Below, in pieces: positions 1-10,957 of a stretch of 15,537 bases of DNA. The number at the start of each line of letters is the position of its first letter. Positions within the stretch are counted from its first letter, which is position 1. Below the pieces are notes generated by a model. That model was not told where the DNA came from, did no database searches, and was given only the letters and a program-made list of their open reading frames with translations. The DNA comes from a virus (lineage: Duplodnaviria > Heunggongvirae > Uroviricota > Caudoviricetes): the IMG/VR virus record IMGVR_UViG_2690316278_000001; one strand, 5' to 3'. Both the position numbers and the translations under genes were made by a program.

Positions 1-155
1 AACAGATGTCTGGAAATATAGGGGCAAATCCAATCGTCGCCGTATTCCCGTATTAACAGAGACCGTAGCCCGACGGGGAACTCCTTCTGCGCGAGTGTGC
101 GGGAATAATCAAAAACGATGCACACCGGGGTTACCGGGTACACATATTTCATCAT
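1..155 (-). CDS. hypothetical protein, partial (runs off the left edge of the window; start lies next to an assembly gap)
   Basis: Reverse-strand frame is open for 51 codons from ATG-ATG at 150-155 (MMKYVYPVTPVCIVFDYSRTLAQKEFPVGLRSLLIREYGDDWICPYISRHL...) to position 1. The start context is lost in the N-run at 159-222. One + strand frame is also open here, so strand choice is uncertain. Confidence 0.3.
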   Translation of the reverse strand, partial: MMKYVYPVTPVCIVFDYSRTLAQKEFPVGLRSLLIREYGDDWICPYISRHL

Positions 156-158
156 GCC

Positions 159-222
159 NNNNNNNNNNNNNNNNNNNNNNNNNNNNNNNNNNNNNNNNNN
201 NNNNNNNNNNNNNNNNNNNNNN
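159..222. other. assembly gap (N-run)
   Basis: 64 consecutive n characters; true length and content unknown. Confidence 0.95.
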
Positions 223-236
223 CCGGACGTTATGAT

Positions 237-647
237 TTAGTGCGGAAATATTTGTGTAGTGTTCTGTATGTTCTCAGTAAAGAGTAATGAATTATCAAAG
301 GTATAGTAATACCTTTTGTTTTCGTGGATATTTGTAATCCATCTGAAAACCCCTGCTGTAGCAAGATTTTTCCTGTATTCGTAAAATGATAACTCTCCTG
401 ATTTGAATCCTTTTAAGGTGGCTTCTATAAGGCATTTATTTTTTGAAAATCTTACATTTACAACCTTACCCTGTCCTTTTATTAAAACCGTATTATCGTT
501 TTCAAGAACAAGATGAATATTCTCTGTGGCTAAATAGTAAATGTAATGTGAGACATTGTGACGTTTTAGTTCAGAATAAAACCAGTGATAGTTTAAATTA
601 TTTCGCACTTTATCGAATATTTGTTTAAAAATGGCAACCTGAGCCAT
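237..647 (-). CDS. hypothetical protein, AT-rich accessory ORF of unknown function (136 aa)
   Basis: Minus-strand ORF in the six-frame track (237..662). The ATG at 645-647 has a GGAAGG Shine-Dalgarno 7 nt upstream (complement of 655-660); the ATG at 660-662 has none. The DNA is visibly AT-rich compared with the structural genes, and a long ORF in AT-rich DNA is unlikely by chance. It lies 57 bp downstream of the RHH-like ORF on the same strand. No family recognised. Confidence 0.5.
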   Translation of the reverse strand: MAQVAIFKQIFDKVRNNLNYHWFYSELKRHNVSHYIYYLATENIHLVLENDNTVLIKGQGKVVNVRFSKNKCLIEATLKGFKSGELSFYEYRKNLATAGVFRWITNIHENKRYYYTFDNSLLFTENIQNTTQIFPH

Positions 648-704
648 TGTAGTACCTTCCATGTGATATGAGGGGGCGTAGTCTGCACGATTATCTAAAT
701 TGCT

Positions 705-938
705 TCAATCTGGTCTAACCTGTTTTCTGAGCAATTCAGTAATGTCACTCTTTTCTTTGTTTGCTTCAGGCGAAACTCTTTTTTCTGAGCACAGTCTCCG
801 GCGGCAGGCTTCAATGACCCAGGCTGAGAAATTCCCGGACCCTTTTTGAACAAGAGCGATGTTAATTTGTTCAATCATTTGGTTAGGAAAGCGGATGTTG
901 CGGGTTGTTGTTCTGCGGGTTCTGTTCTTCGTTGACAT
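705..938 (-). CDS. small ribbon-helix-helix (Arc/MetJ/CopG-like) putative DNA-binding protein; resembles the short DUF3950/YlcI-type ORFs found next to cos in lambdoid prophages
   Basis: 77-aa minus-strand ORF. The N-terminal pattern RNIRFPNQMIEQINIALVQKGSGNFSAWVIEACRRRL fits strand-helix-loop-helix of an RHH fold and is preceded by a basic tail. It is divergent from Nu1 across the cos region. Family assignment is from memory, not a search. Confidence 0.55.
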   Translation of the reverse strand: MSTKNRTRRTTTRNIRFPNQMIEQINIALVQKGSGNFSAWVIEACRRRLCSEKRVSPEANKEKSDITELLRKQVRPD

Positions 939-1087
939 GAGGTTGCCCTGTATTCAGTGTCGCTGATTTGTATTGTCTGAAGTTGTTTTTACGTTAAGTT
1001 GATGCAGATCAATTAATACGATACCTGCGTCATAATTGATTATTTGACGTGGTTTGATGGCGTAGATGCACGTTGTGACATGTAGAT

Positions 1088-1305
1088 GATAATTATTATC
1101 ATTTTGCGGGTCCTTTCCGGCGATCCGACAGGTTACGGGGCGGAAGGCGCGCGGGTTTTCGCTATTTATGACAATTTTCCGGTTTAAGGCGTTTCCGTTC
1201 TTCTTCGCCGTAACCTAATGTTTTTATTTAAAACACCCCCTGAAAAGAAAGGAAACGACAGGTGCTGAAAACGGGCTTTTTGGCCTCTGTCGTTTCCTTT
1301 CTCTG
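1088..1305 (+). other. cos: cos packaging site region (cosQ-proximal palindrome, cosN, cosB with Nu1-binding R3/R2/R1 elements and an AT-rich IHF-like site)
   Basis: Near-identical to the lambda right-end/left-end junction as I remember it. CGTTTCC-type Nu1 binding elements at 1190-1197 (R3), 1250-1258 (R2, inverted GGAAACGAC) and 1290-1297 (R1). AT-rich tract 1218-1240 between R3 and R2. 13-bp palindrome GATAATtATTATC at 1088-1100. Lies immediately upstream of the terminase small subunit gene. Confidence 0.8.
1138..1149 (+). other. cosN: cosN core (position of the 12-nt cohesive end), variant sequence GGGCGGAAGGCG
   Basis: Flanks ...GGTTACG | and | CGCGGGTTTTCGC match lambda. The 12 nt between them read GGGCGGAAGGCG, against canonical lambda GGGCGGCGACCT (5 substitutions in the 3' half). 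Comparison is from memory. Confidence 0.6.
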
Positions 1306-1326
1306 TTTTTGTCCGTGGAATGAACA

Positions 1327-1846
1327 ATGGAAGTCAACAAAAAGCAGCTGGCTGACATTTTCGGTGCGAGTATCCGTACCATTCAGAACTGGCAGGAACA
1401 GGGAATGCCCGTTCTGCGAGGCGGTGGCAAGGGTAATGAGGTGCTTTATGACTCTGCCGCCGTTATAAGATGGTATGCCGAAAGGGATGCTGAAATTGAG
1501 AACGAAAAGCTGCGCCGGGAAGTTGAAGAACTGCGGCAGGCCAGCGAGACAGATCTCCAGCCAGGGACTATTGAGTACGAACGCCATCGACTTACGCGTG
1601 CGCAGGCCGACGCACAGGAGCTGAAAAATGCCAGAGACTCCGCTGAAGTGGTGGAAACCGCATTCTGTACTTTCGTGCTGTCGCGGATCGCAGGTGAAAT
1701 TGCCAGTATTCTCGACGGGATCCCCCTGTCGGTGCAGCGGCGTTTTCCGGAACTGGAAAACCGACATGTTGATTTCCTGAAACGGGATATCATCAAAGCC
1801 ATGAACAAAGCAGCCGCGCTGGATGAACTGATACCGGGGTTGCTGA

Positions 1847-1872
<26 letters not shown>
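1327..1872 (+). CDS. Nu1: terminase small subunit (gpNu1)
   Basis: 181-aa ORF, MEVNKKQLADIFGASIRTIQNWQEQGMPVLRGG..., essentially the lambda gpNu1 sequence with its N-terminal winged-HTH. Sits directly after cosB and overlaps the start of A. Confidence 0.95.
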
Positions 1873-5553
<3,681 letters not shown>

Positions 5554-5573
<20 letters not shown>

Positions 5574-6873
5574 TCTCCCGCATATTGCCAGCATGGCTTT
5601 TAATGAGCCGCTGATGCTTGAACCCGCCTATGCGCGGGTTTTCTTTTGTGCGCTTGCAGGCCAGCTTGGGATCAGCTGCCTGACGGATGCAGTATCCGGC
5701 GACAGCCTGACTGCCGGAGAGGCACCCGCGGCGCTGGCGTTATCCGGTGATGATGACGGACCACGACAGGCCCGCAGTTATCAGGTAATGAACGGCATCG
5801 CCGTGCTGCCGGTGTCCGGCACGCTGGTCAGCCGGACGCGGGCGCTGCAGCCGTACTCGGGGATGACCGGTTACAACGGCATTATCGCCCGTCTGCAACA
5901 GGCTGCCAGCGACCCGATGGTGGACGGCATTCTGCTCGATATGGACACACCGGGCGGAATGGTGGCGGGAGCATTTGACTGCGCTGACATCATCGCCCGT
6001 GTGCGTGACATAAAGCCGGTATGGGCGCTGGCCAATGACATGAACTGCAGCGCAGGTCAGCTGCTTGCCAGTGCCGCCTCCCGGCGTCTGGTCACGCAGA
6101 CCGCCCGGACAGGCTCCATCGGCGTCATGATGGCTCACAGTAATTACGGCGCTGCACTGGAGAAACAGGGCGTGGAAATCACGCTGATTTACAGCGGCAG
6201 CCATAAGGTGGATGGCAACCCCTACAGCCATCTACCGGATGATGTCCGGGAAACATTGCAGTCCCGGATGGATGCAACCCGCCGGATGTTTGCACAGAAG
6301 GTGTCGGCATATACCGGCCTGTCCGTGCAGGCTGTGCTGGATACCGAGGCTGCAGTGTACAGCGGTCAGGAGGCCATTGATGCCGGACTGGCTGATGAAC
6401 TTGTTAACAGTACCGATGCGATCACCGTCATGCGTGATGCACTGGATGCACGTAAATCCCGTCTCTCAGGAGGGCGAATGACCAAAGAGACTCAATCAAC
6501 AACTGTTTCAGCCACTGCTTCGCAGGCTGACGTTACTGGCGTGGTGCAAGCGACGGAGGGCGAGAACGCCAGCGCGGCGCAGCCGGACGTGAACGCGCAG
6601 ATCACCGCAGCGGTTGCGGCAGAAAACAGTCGCATTATGGGGATCCTCAACTGTGAGGAGGCTCACGGACGCGAAGAACAGGCACGCGTGCTGGCCGAAA
6701 CCCCCGGTATGACCGTGGAAACGGCCCGCCGTATTCTGGCCGCAGCACCACAGAGTGCACAGACGCGCAGTGACACTGCGCTGGATCGTCTGATGCAGGG
6801 GGCACCGGCACCGCTGGCTGCAGGTAACCCGGCATCTGATGCCGTTAACGATTTGCTGAACACACCAGTGTAA
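5554..6873 (+). CDS. C: capsid maturation protease (gpC, ClpP/SppA-like S49 family)
   Basis: GTG at 5554 preceded by GAGGAGGAGAA Shine-Dalgarno; the product begins (M)TAELRNLPHIASMAFNEPLMLEP... as in lambda gpC (439 aa). The track ORF 5419..6873 is the same frame extended upstream into B. Overlaps the B 3' end by 20 nt. Confidence 0.9.
6268..6873 (+). CDS. Nu3: scaffolding protein gpNu3, nested in-frame in the 3' part of C
   Basis: In-frame internal ATG at 6268 (MDATRRMFAQKVSAYTG...) sharing the C stop codon. This matches the lambda C/Nu3 nested arrangement, which I know from the literature. Confidence 0.8.
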   Translation: MDATRRMFAQKVSAYTGLSVQAVLDTEAAVYSGQEAIDAGLADELVNSTDAITVMRDALDARKSRLSGGRMTKETQSTTVSATASQADVTGVVQATEGENASAAQPDVNAQITAAVAAENSRIMGILNCEEAHGREEQARVLAETPGMTVETARRILAAAPQSAQTRSDTALDRLMQGAPAPLAAGNPASDAVNDLLNTPV

Positions 6874-6882
6874 GGGATGTTT

Positions 6883-7326
6883 ATGACGAGCAAAGAAACC
6901 TTTACCCATTACCAGCCGCTGGGCAATAGTGACCCGGCTCATACCGCAACCGCGCCCGGCGGATTGAGTGCGAAAGCGCCTGCAATGACCCCGCTGATGC
7001 TGGACACNNNNNNNNNNNNNNNNNNNNNNNNNNNNNNNNNNNNNNNNNNNNNNNNNNNNNNNNNGCCCGGCGGATTGAGTGCGAAAGCGCCTGCAATGAC
7101 CCCGCTGATGCTGGACACCTCCACCCGTAAGCTGGTTGCGTGGGATGGCACCACCGACGGTGCTGCCGTTGGCATTCTTGCGGTTGCTGCTGACCAGACC
7201 AGCACCACACTGACGTTCTACAAGTCCGGCACGTTCCGTTATGAGGATGTGCTCTGGCCGGAGGCTGCCAGCGACGAGACGAAAAAACGGACCGTGTTTG
7301 CCGGAACGGCAATCAGCATCGTTTAA
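6883..7326 (+). CDS. D: head decoration protein gpD; interrupted in this assembly by an in-frame scaffold artefact (57 N plus a 54-nt duplicated contig end)
   Basis: [41 protein letters not shown]... The ATG at 6883 has an AAGGG Shine-Dalgarno 6 nt upstream; the ATG at 6877 has no spacing. Removing 7008-7118 (111 nt, exactly 37 codons) leaves 110 aa, the length of lambda gpD. Confidence 0.9.
   Translation: MTSKETFTHYQPLGNSDPAHTATAPGGLSAKAPAMTPLMLDXXXXXXXXXXXXXXXXXXXXPGGLSAKAPAMTPLMLDTSTRKLVAWDGTTDGAAVGILAVAADQTSTTLTFYKSGTFRYEDVLWPEAASDETKKRTVFAGTAISIV
7008..7064. other. assembly gap (N-run) inside D, flanked by a duplicated 54-nt sequence (6954-7007 = 7065-7118)
   Basis: 57 n characters; the 54 nt before and after the gap are identical, the signature of overlapping contig ends joined with a spacer. 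Confidence 0.9.
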
Positions 7327-7343
7327 CTTTACCCTTCATCACT

Positions 7344-7368
7344 AAAGGCCGCCTGTGCGGCTTTTTTT
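7344..7368 (+). terminator. GC-rich hairpin followed by a T7 run between D and E (intrinsic-terminator-like or mRNA-stability element)
   Basis: AAAGGCCGC ctgt GCGGC TTTTTTT: 8-9 bp stem with a 4-nt loop and a U-tract, read directly from the sequence. It sits inside the late operon, so it is probably read through. Confidence 0.45.
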
Positions 7369-7381
7369 ACGGGATTTTTTT

Positions 7382-8407
7382 ATGTCGATGTACACAACCG
7401 CCCAGCTGCTGGCGGCAAATGAGCAGAAATTTAAGTTTGATCCGCTGTTTCTGCGTCTCTTTTTCCGTGAGAGCTATCCCTTCACTACGGAGAAAGTCTA
7501 TCTCTCACAAATTCCGGGACTGGTAAACATGGCGCTGTACGTTTCGCCGATTGTTTCCGGTGAGGTTATCCGTTCCCGTGGCGGCTCCACCTCTGAATTT
7601 ACGCCGGGATATGTCAAACCCAAGCATGAGGTGAATCCGCAGATGACCCTGCGTCGCCTGCCGGATGAAGATCCGCAGAATCTGGCGGACCCGGCTTACC
7701 GCCGCCGTCGCATCATCATGCAGAACATGCGTGACGAAGAGCTGGCCATTGCTCAGGTCGAAGAGATGCAGGCAGTTTCTGCCGTGCTCAAGGGCAAATA
7801 CACCATGACCGGTGAAGCCTTCGATCCGGTTGAGGTGGATATGGGCCGCAGTGCGGCGAACAACATCACACAGTCCGGCGTCACGGAGTGGAGCAAGCGT
7901 GACAAGTCCACGTATGACCCGACCGACGATATCGAAGCCTACGCGCTGAACGCCAGCGGTGTGGTGAATATCATCGTGTTTGACCCGAAAGGCTGGGCGC
8001 TGTTCCGTTCCTTCAAAGCCGTCAAGGAGAAGCTGGATACCCGTCGCGGCTCTCATTCCGAGCTGGAGACAGCGGTAAAAGACCTGGGCAAAGCGGTGTC
8101 CTATAAGGGAATGTATGGCGATGTGGCCATCGTCGTGTATTCCGGACAGTACGTGGAAAACGGCGTCAAAAAGAACTTCCTGCCGGACAACACGATGGTG
8201 CTGGGGAACACTCAGGCTCGCGGTCTGCGCACCTATGGCTGCATTCAGGATGCGGACGCACAGCGCGAAGGCATTAACGCCTCTGCCCGTTACCCGAAAA
8301 ACTGGGTGACCACCGGCGATCCGGCGCGTGAGTTCACCATGATTCAGTCAGCACCGCTGATGCTGCTGGCTGATCCTGATGAGTTCGTGTCCGTTCAACT
8401 GGCGTAA
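7382..8407 (+). CDS. E: major capsid protein (gpE)
   Basis: 341-aa product starting MSMYTTAQLLAANEQKFKFDPLFLRLFFRESYPFTTEK..., matching lambda gpE. The track ORF starts earlier at a GTG inside the upstream hairpin, which I reject. Confidence 0.95.
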   Translation: MSMYTTAQLLAANEQKFKFDPLFLRLFFRESYPFTTEKVYLSQIPGLVNMALYVSPIVSGEVIRSRGGSTSEFTPGYVKPKHEVNPQMTLRRLPDEDPQNLADPAYRRRRIIMQNMRDEELAIAQVEEMQAVSAVLKGKYTMTGEAFDPVEVDMGRSAANNITQSGVTEWSKRDKSTYDPTDDIEAYALNASGVVNIIVFDPKGWALFRSFKAVKEKLDTRRGSHSELETAVKDLGKAVSYKGMYGDVAIVVYSGQYVENGVKKNFLPDNTMVLGNTQARGLRTYGCIQDADAQREGINASARYPKNWVTTGDPAREFTMIQSAPLMLLADPDEFVSVQLA

Positions 8408-8409
8408 TC

Positions 8410-8431
8410 ATGGCCCTTCGGGGCCATTTTC
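8410..8431 (+). terminator. perfect 7-bp hairpin with UUCG tetraloop plus U-rich tail immediately after E
   Basis: ATGGCCC ttcg GGGCCAT TTTCTCTCT at 8410-8436; the stem is perfectly complementary and UUCG is a very stable tetraloop. Placement after the most abundant structural gene suggests a 3' stability or partial attenuation element. Confidence 0.45.
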
Positions 8432-8448
8432 TCTCTGTGGAGGAGTTC

Positions 8449-8847
8449 ATGACGAAAGATGAACTGATTGCCCGTCTTCAGGAGCTGGGTGAGCAATTGA
8501 ACCGCGATGTCAGTTTGACGGGAACGAAAGAAGAACTGGCGCTTCGTGTGGCAGAGCTGGAAGAAGAGCTTGATGACACGGATGAAACTGCCGGTCAGGA
8601 CACCCCTCTCAGCCGGGAAAATGTGCTGACCGGGCATGAAAATGAGGTGGTATCAGCGCAGCCGGATACCGTGATTCAGGATACGGCTGAACTGGTCACG
8701 GTCGTGGCACTGGTGACGCTGCATACTGATGCACTTCACGCCACGCGGGATAAACCTGTGGCATTTGTGCTGCCGGGAACGGCGTTTCGTGTCTCTGCCG
8801 GTGTGGCAGCCGAAATGACAGAGCGCGGCCTGGCCAGAATGCAATAA
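8449..8847 (+). CDS. FI: DNA-packaging protein gpFI
   Basis: 132-aa product MTKDELIARLQELGEQLNRDVSLTGTKEELALRVAELEEELDD... with GGAGGA Shine-Dalgarno at 8439-8444; matches lambda gpFI. Confidence 0.92.
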   Translation: MTKDELIARLQELGEQLNRDVSLTGTKEELALRVAELEEELDDTDETAGQDTPLSRENVLTGHENEVVSAQPDTVIQDTAELVTVVALVTLHTDALHATRDKPVAFVLPGTAFRVSAGVAAEMTERGLARMQ

Positions 8848-8858
8848 CGGGAGGCGCT

Positions 8859-9212
8859 GTGGCTGATTTCGATAACCTGTTCGATGCTGCCATTGCCCGC
8901 GCCGATGAAACGATACGCGGGTACATGGGAACGTCAGCCACCATGACATCCGGTGAGCAGTCAGGTGCGGTGATACGTGGTGTTTTTGATGACCCTGAAA
9001 ATATCAGCTATGCCGGACAGGGCGTGCGCGTTGAAGGCTCCAGCCCGTCCCTGTTTGTCCGGACTGATGAGGTGCGGCAGCTGCGGCGTGGAGACACGCT
9101 GACCATCGGTGAGGAAAATTTCTGGGTAGATCGGGTTTCGCCGGATGATGGCGGAAGTTGTCATCTCTGGCTTGGACGGGGCGTACCGCCTGCCGTTAAC
9201 CGTCGCCGCTGA
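8859..9212 (+). CDS. FII: head-tail connector protein gpFII
   Basis: 117-aa ORF with GTG start, (M)ADFDNLFDAAIARADETIRGYMGTSATM...; matches lambda gpFII. Confidence 0.92.
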   Translation: MADFDNLFDAAIARADETIRGYMGTSATMTSGEQSGAVIRGVFDDPENISYAGQGVRVEGSSPSLFVRTDEVRQLRRGDTLTIGEENFWVDRVSPDDGGSCHLWLGRGVPPAVNRRR

Positions 9213-9223
9213 AAGGGGGATGT

Positions 9224-9802
9224 ATGGCCATAAAAGGTCTTGAGCAGGCCGTTGAAAACCTCAGCCGTATCAGCAAAACGGCGGTGCCCGGTGCCGCCGC
9301 AATGGCCATTAACCGCGTTGCTTCATCCGCGATATCGCAGTCTGCGTCACAGGTTGCCCGTGAGACAAAGGTACGCCGGAAACTGGTAAAGGAAAGGGCC
9401 AGGCTGAAAAGGGCCACGGTCAAAAATCCGCAGGCCAGAATCAAAGTTAACCGGGGGGATTTGCCCGTAATCAAGCTGGGTAATGCGCGGGTTGTCCTGT
9501 CCCGCCGCAGGCGTCATAAAAAGGGGCAGCGTTCATCCCTGAAAGGTGGCGGCAGCGTGCTTGTGGTGGGTAACCGTCGTATTCCCGGCGCGTTTATTCA
9601 GCAACTGAAAAACGGCCGGTGGCATGTTATGCAGCGTGTGGCCGGGAAAAACCGTTACCCCATTGATGTGGTGAAAATCCCGATGGCGGTGCCGCTGACC
9701 ACGGCGTTTAAACAGAATATTGAACGGATACGGCGTGAACGTCTTCCGAAAGAGCTGGGCTATGCGCTGCAGCATCAACTGAGAATGGTAATAAAGCGAT
9801 GA
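9224..9802 (+). CDS. Z: tail completion protein gpZ
   Basis: 192-aa ORF MAIKGLEQAVENLSRISKTAVPGAAAMAINR... with GGGGGA Shine-Dalgarno; matches lambda gpZ. ATGA overlap with U. Confidence 0.92.
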   Translation: MAIKGLEQAVENLSRISKTAVPGAAAMAINRVASSAISQSASQVARETKVRRKLVKERARLKRATVKNPQARIKVNRGDLPVIKLGNARVVLSRRRRHKKGQRSSLKGGGSVLVVGNRRIPGAFIQQLKNGRWHVMQRVAGKNRYPIDVVKIPMAVPLTTAFKQNIERIRRERLPKELGYALQHQLRMVIKR

Positions 9803-10194
9803 AACATACTGAACTCCGTGCAGCCGTACTGGATGCACTGGAGAAGCATGACACCGGGGCGACGCTTTTTGATGGTCGCCCCGCTGTTTTTGATGAGGAA
9901 GATTTTCCGGCAATTGCCGTTTATCTCACCGGCGCTGAATACACGGGCGAAGAGCTGGACAGCGATACCTGGCAGGCGGAGCTGCATATTGAAGTTTTCC
10001 TGCCTGCTCAGGTGCCGGATTCAGAGCTGGATTCGTGGATGGAGTCCCGGATTTATCCGGTGATGAGCGATATCCCGGCACTGTCAGATTTGATCACCAG
10101 TATGGTGGCCAGCGGCTATGACTACCGGCGCGACGATGATGCGGGCCTGTGGAGTTCAGCCGATCTGACTTATGTCATTATCTATGAAATGTGA
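9799..10194 (+). CDS. U: tail tube terminator protein gpU
   Basis: 131-aa [48 protein letters not shown]... matching lambda gpU. Confidence 0.93.
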   Translation: MKHTELRAAVLDALEKHDTGATLFDGRPAVFDEEDFPAIAVYLTGAEYTGEELDSDTWQAELHIEVFLPAQVPDSELDSWMESRIYPVMSDIPALSDLITSMVASGYDYRRDDDAGLWSSADLTYVIIYEM

Positions 10195-10201
10195 GGACGC
10201 T

Positions 10202-10942
10202 ATGCCTGTACCAAATCCTACAATGCCGGTGAAAGGTGCCGGGACCACCCTGTGGGTTTATAAGGGGAGCGGTGACCCTTATGCGAACCCGCTTTCAGAC
10301 GTTGACTGGTCGCGTCTGGCAAAAGTTAAAGACCTGACGCCCGGCGAACTGACCGCTGAGTCCTATGACGACAGCTATCTCGATGATGAAGATGCAGACT
10401 GGACTGCGACCGGGCAGGGGCAGAAATCTGCCGGAGATACCAGCTTCACGCTGGCGTGGATGCCCGGAGAGCAGGGGCAGCAGGCGCTGCTGGCGTGGTT
10501 TAATGAAGGTGATACCCGTGCCTATAAAATCCGCTTCCCGAACGGCACGGTCGATGTGTTCCGTGGCTGGGTCAGCAGTATCGGTAAGGCGGTGACGGCG
10601 AAGGAGGTGATTACCCGCACGGTGAAGGTCACCAATGTGGGACGTCCGTCGATGGCAGAAGATCGCAGCACGGTGACGGCGACGACCGGCATGACGGTGA
10701 CACCCGCCAGTGCTTCCGTAGTGAAAGGGCAGAGCACCACGCTGACCGTGGCATTCCAGCCGGATGGCGCAACCGACAAGAGCTTCCGTGCGGTGTCTGC
10801 GGATAAAACAAAAGCCACCGTGTCGGTCAGTGGTATGACCATCACCGTGAAAGGTGTTGCTGCAGGCAAGGTCAACATTCCGGTCGTATCTGGTAATGGT
10901 GAGTTTGCTGCGGTTGCAGAAATCAACGTCACCGCCAGTTAA
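10202..10942 (+). CDS. V: major tail tube protein gpV, with C-terminal Ig-like (Big_2-type) domain
   Basis: 246-aa product [33 protein letters not shown]... with GAGGA Shine-Dalgarno at 10193-10197. The C-terminal ~80 aa ([77 protein letters not shown]) has the Ig-like signature known for lambda gpV. Confidence 0.93.
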   Translation: MPVPNPTMPVKGAGTTLWVYKGSGDPYANPLSDVDWSRLAKVKDLTPGELTAESYDDSYLDDEDADWTATGQGQKSAGDTSFTLAWMPGEQGQQALLAWFNEGDTRAYKIRFPNGTVDVFRGWVSSIGKAVTAKEVITRTVKVTNVGRPSMAEDRSTVTATTGMTVTPASASVVKGQSTTLTVAFQPDGATDKSFRAVSADKTKATVSVSGMTITVKGVAAGKVNIPVVSGNGEFAAVAEINVTAS

Positions 10943-10957
10943 TCCGGAGAGTCAGCG

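Noticed and set aside
443-628. Plus-strand 61-aa ORF inside the AT-rich accessory region
   Set aside because: It starts at TTG with no ATG and no ribosome-binding site, and has an odd composition. It overlaps the longer minus-strand ORF, which has a proper Shine-Dalgarno. A small plus-strand gene here cannot be fully excluded.
939-1087. Specific sigma70 promoter call for the minus-strand RHH gene
   Set aside because: Several weak -35/-10-like hexamers (for example TTGATC ... TAAAAA on the minus strand) can be found in this AT-rich spacer, but none has convincing spacing, so no promoter is annotated.
1228-1767. Minus-strand 179-aa ORF spanning cosB and the 5' part of Nu1
   Set aside because: Antisense to a highly conserved terminase gene and running through the cos binding sites; a typical shadow ORF.
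6954-7118. Tandem 54-bp direct repeat as a real repeat element or duplication within D
   Set aside because: The copies flank an N-run exactly and the total insert is an in-frame 111 nt; this is the signature of overlapping contig ends in a scaffold, not biology.
7355-7381. Upstream extension of E (track start at 7355)
   Set aside because: It starts at a GTG inside the D-E hairpin; the known gpE N-terminus MSMYTTAQ begins at 7382.
8410-8448. Upstream extension of FI (track start at 8410)
   Set aside because: It would start inside the post-E hairpin; the ATG at 8449 has a GGAGGA Shine-Dalgarno and gives the known MTKDELIARL N-terminus.
10172-10201. Upstream extension of V (track start at 10172)
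   Set aside because: That ATG lies inside the 3' end of U; the ATG at 10202 has a GAGGA Shine-Dalgarno and gives the known gpV N-terminus MPVPNP.
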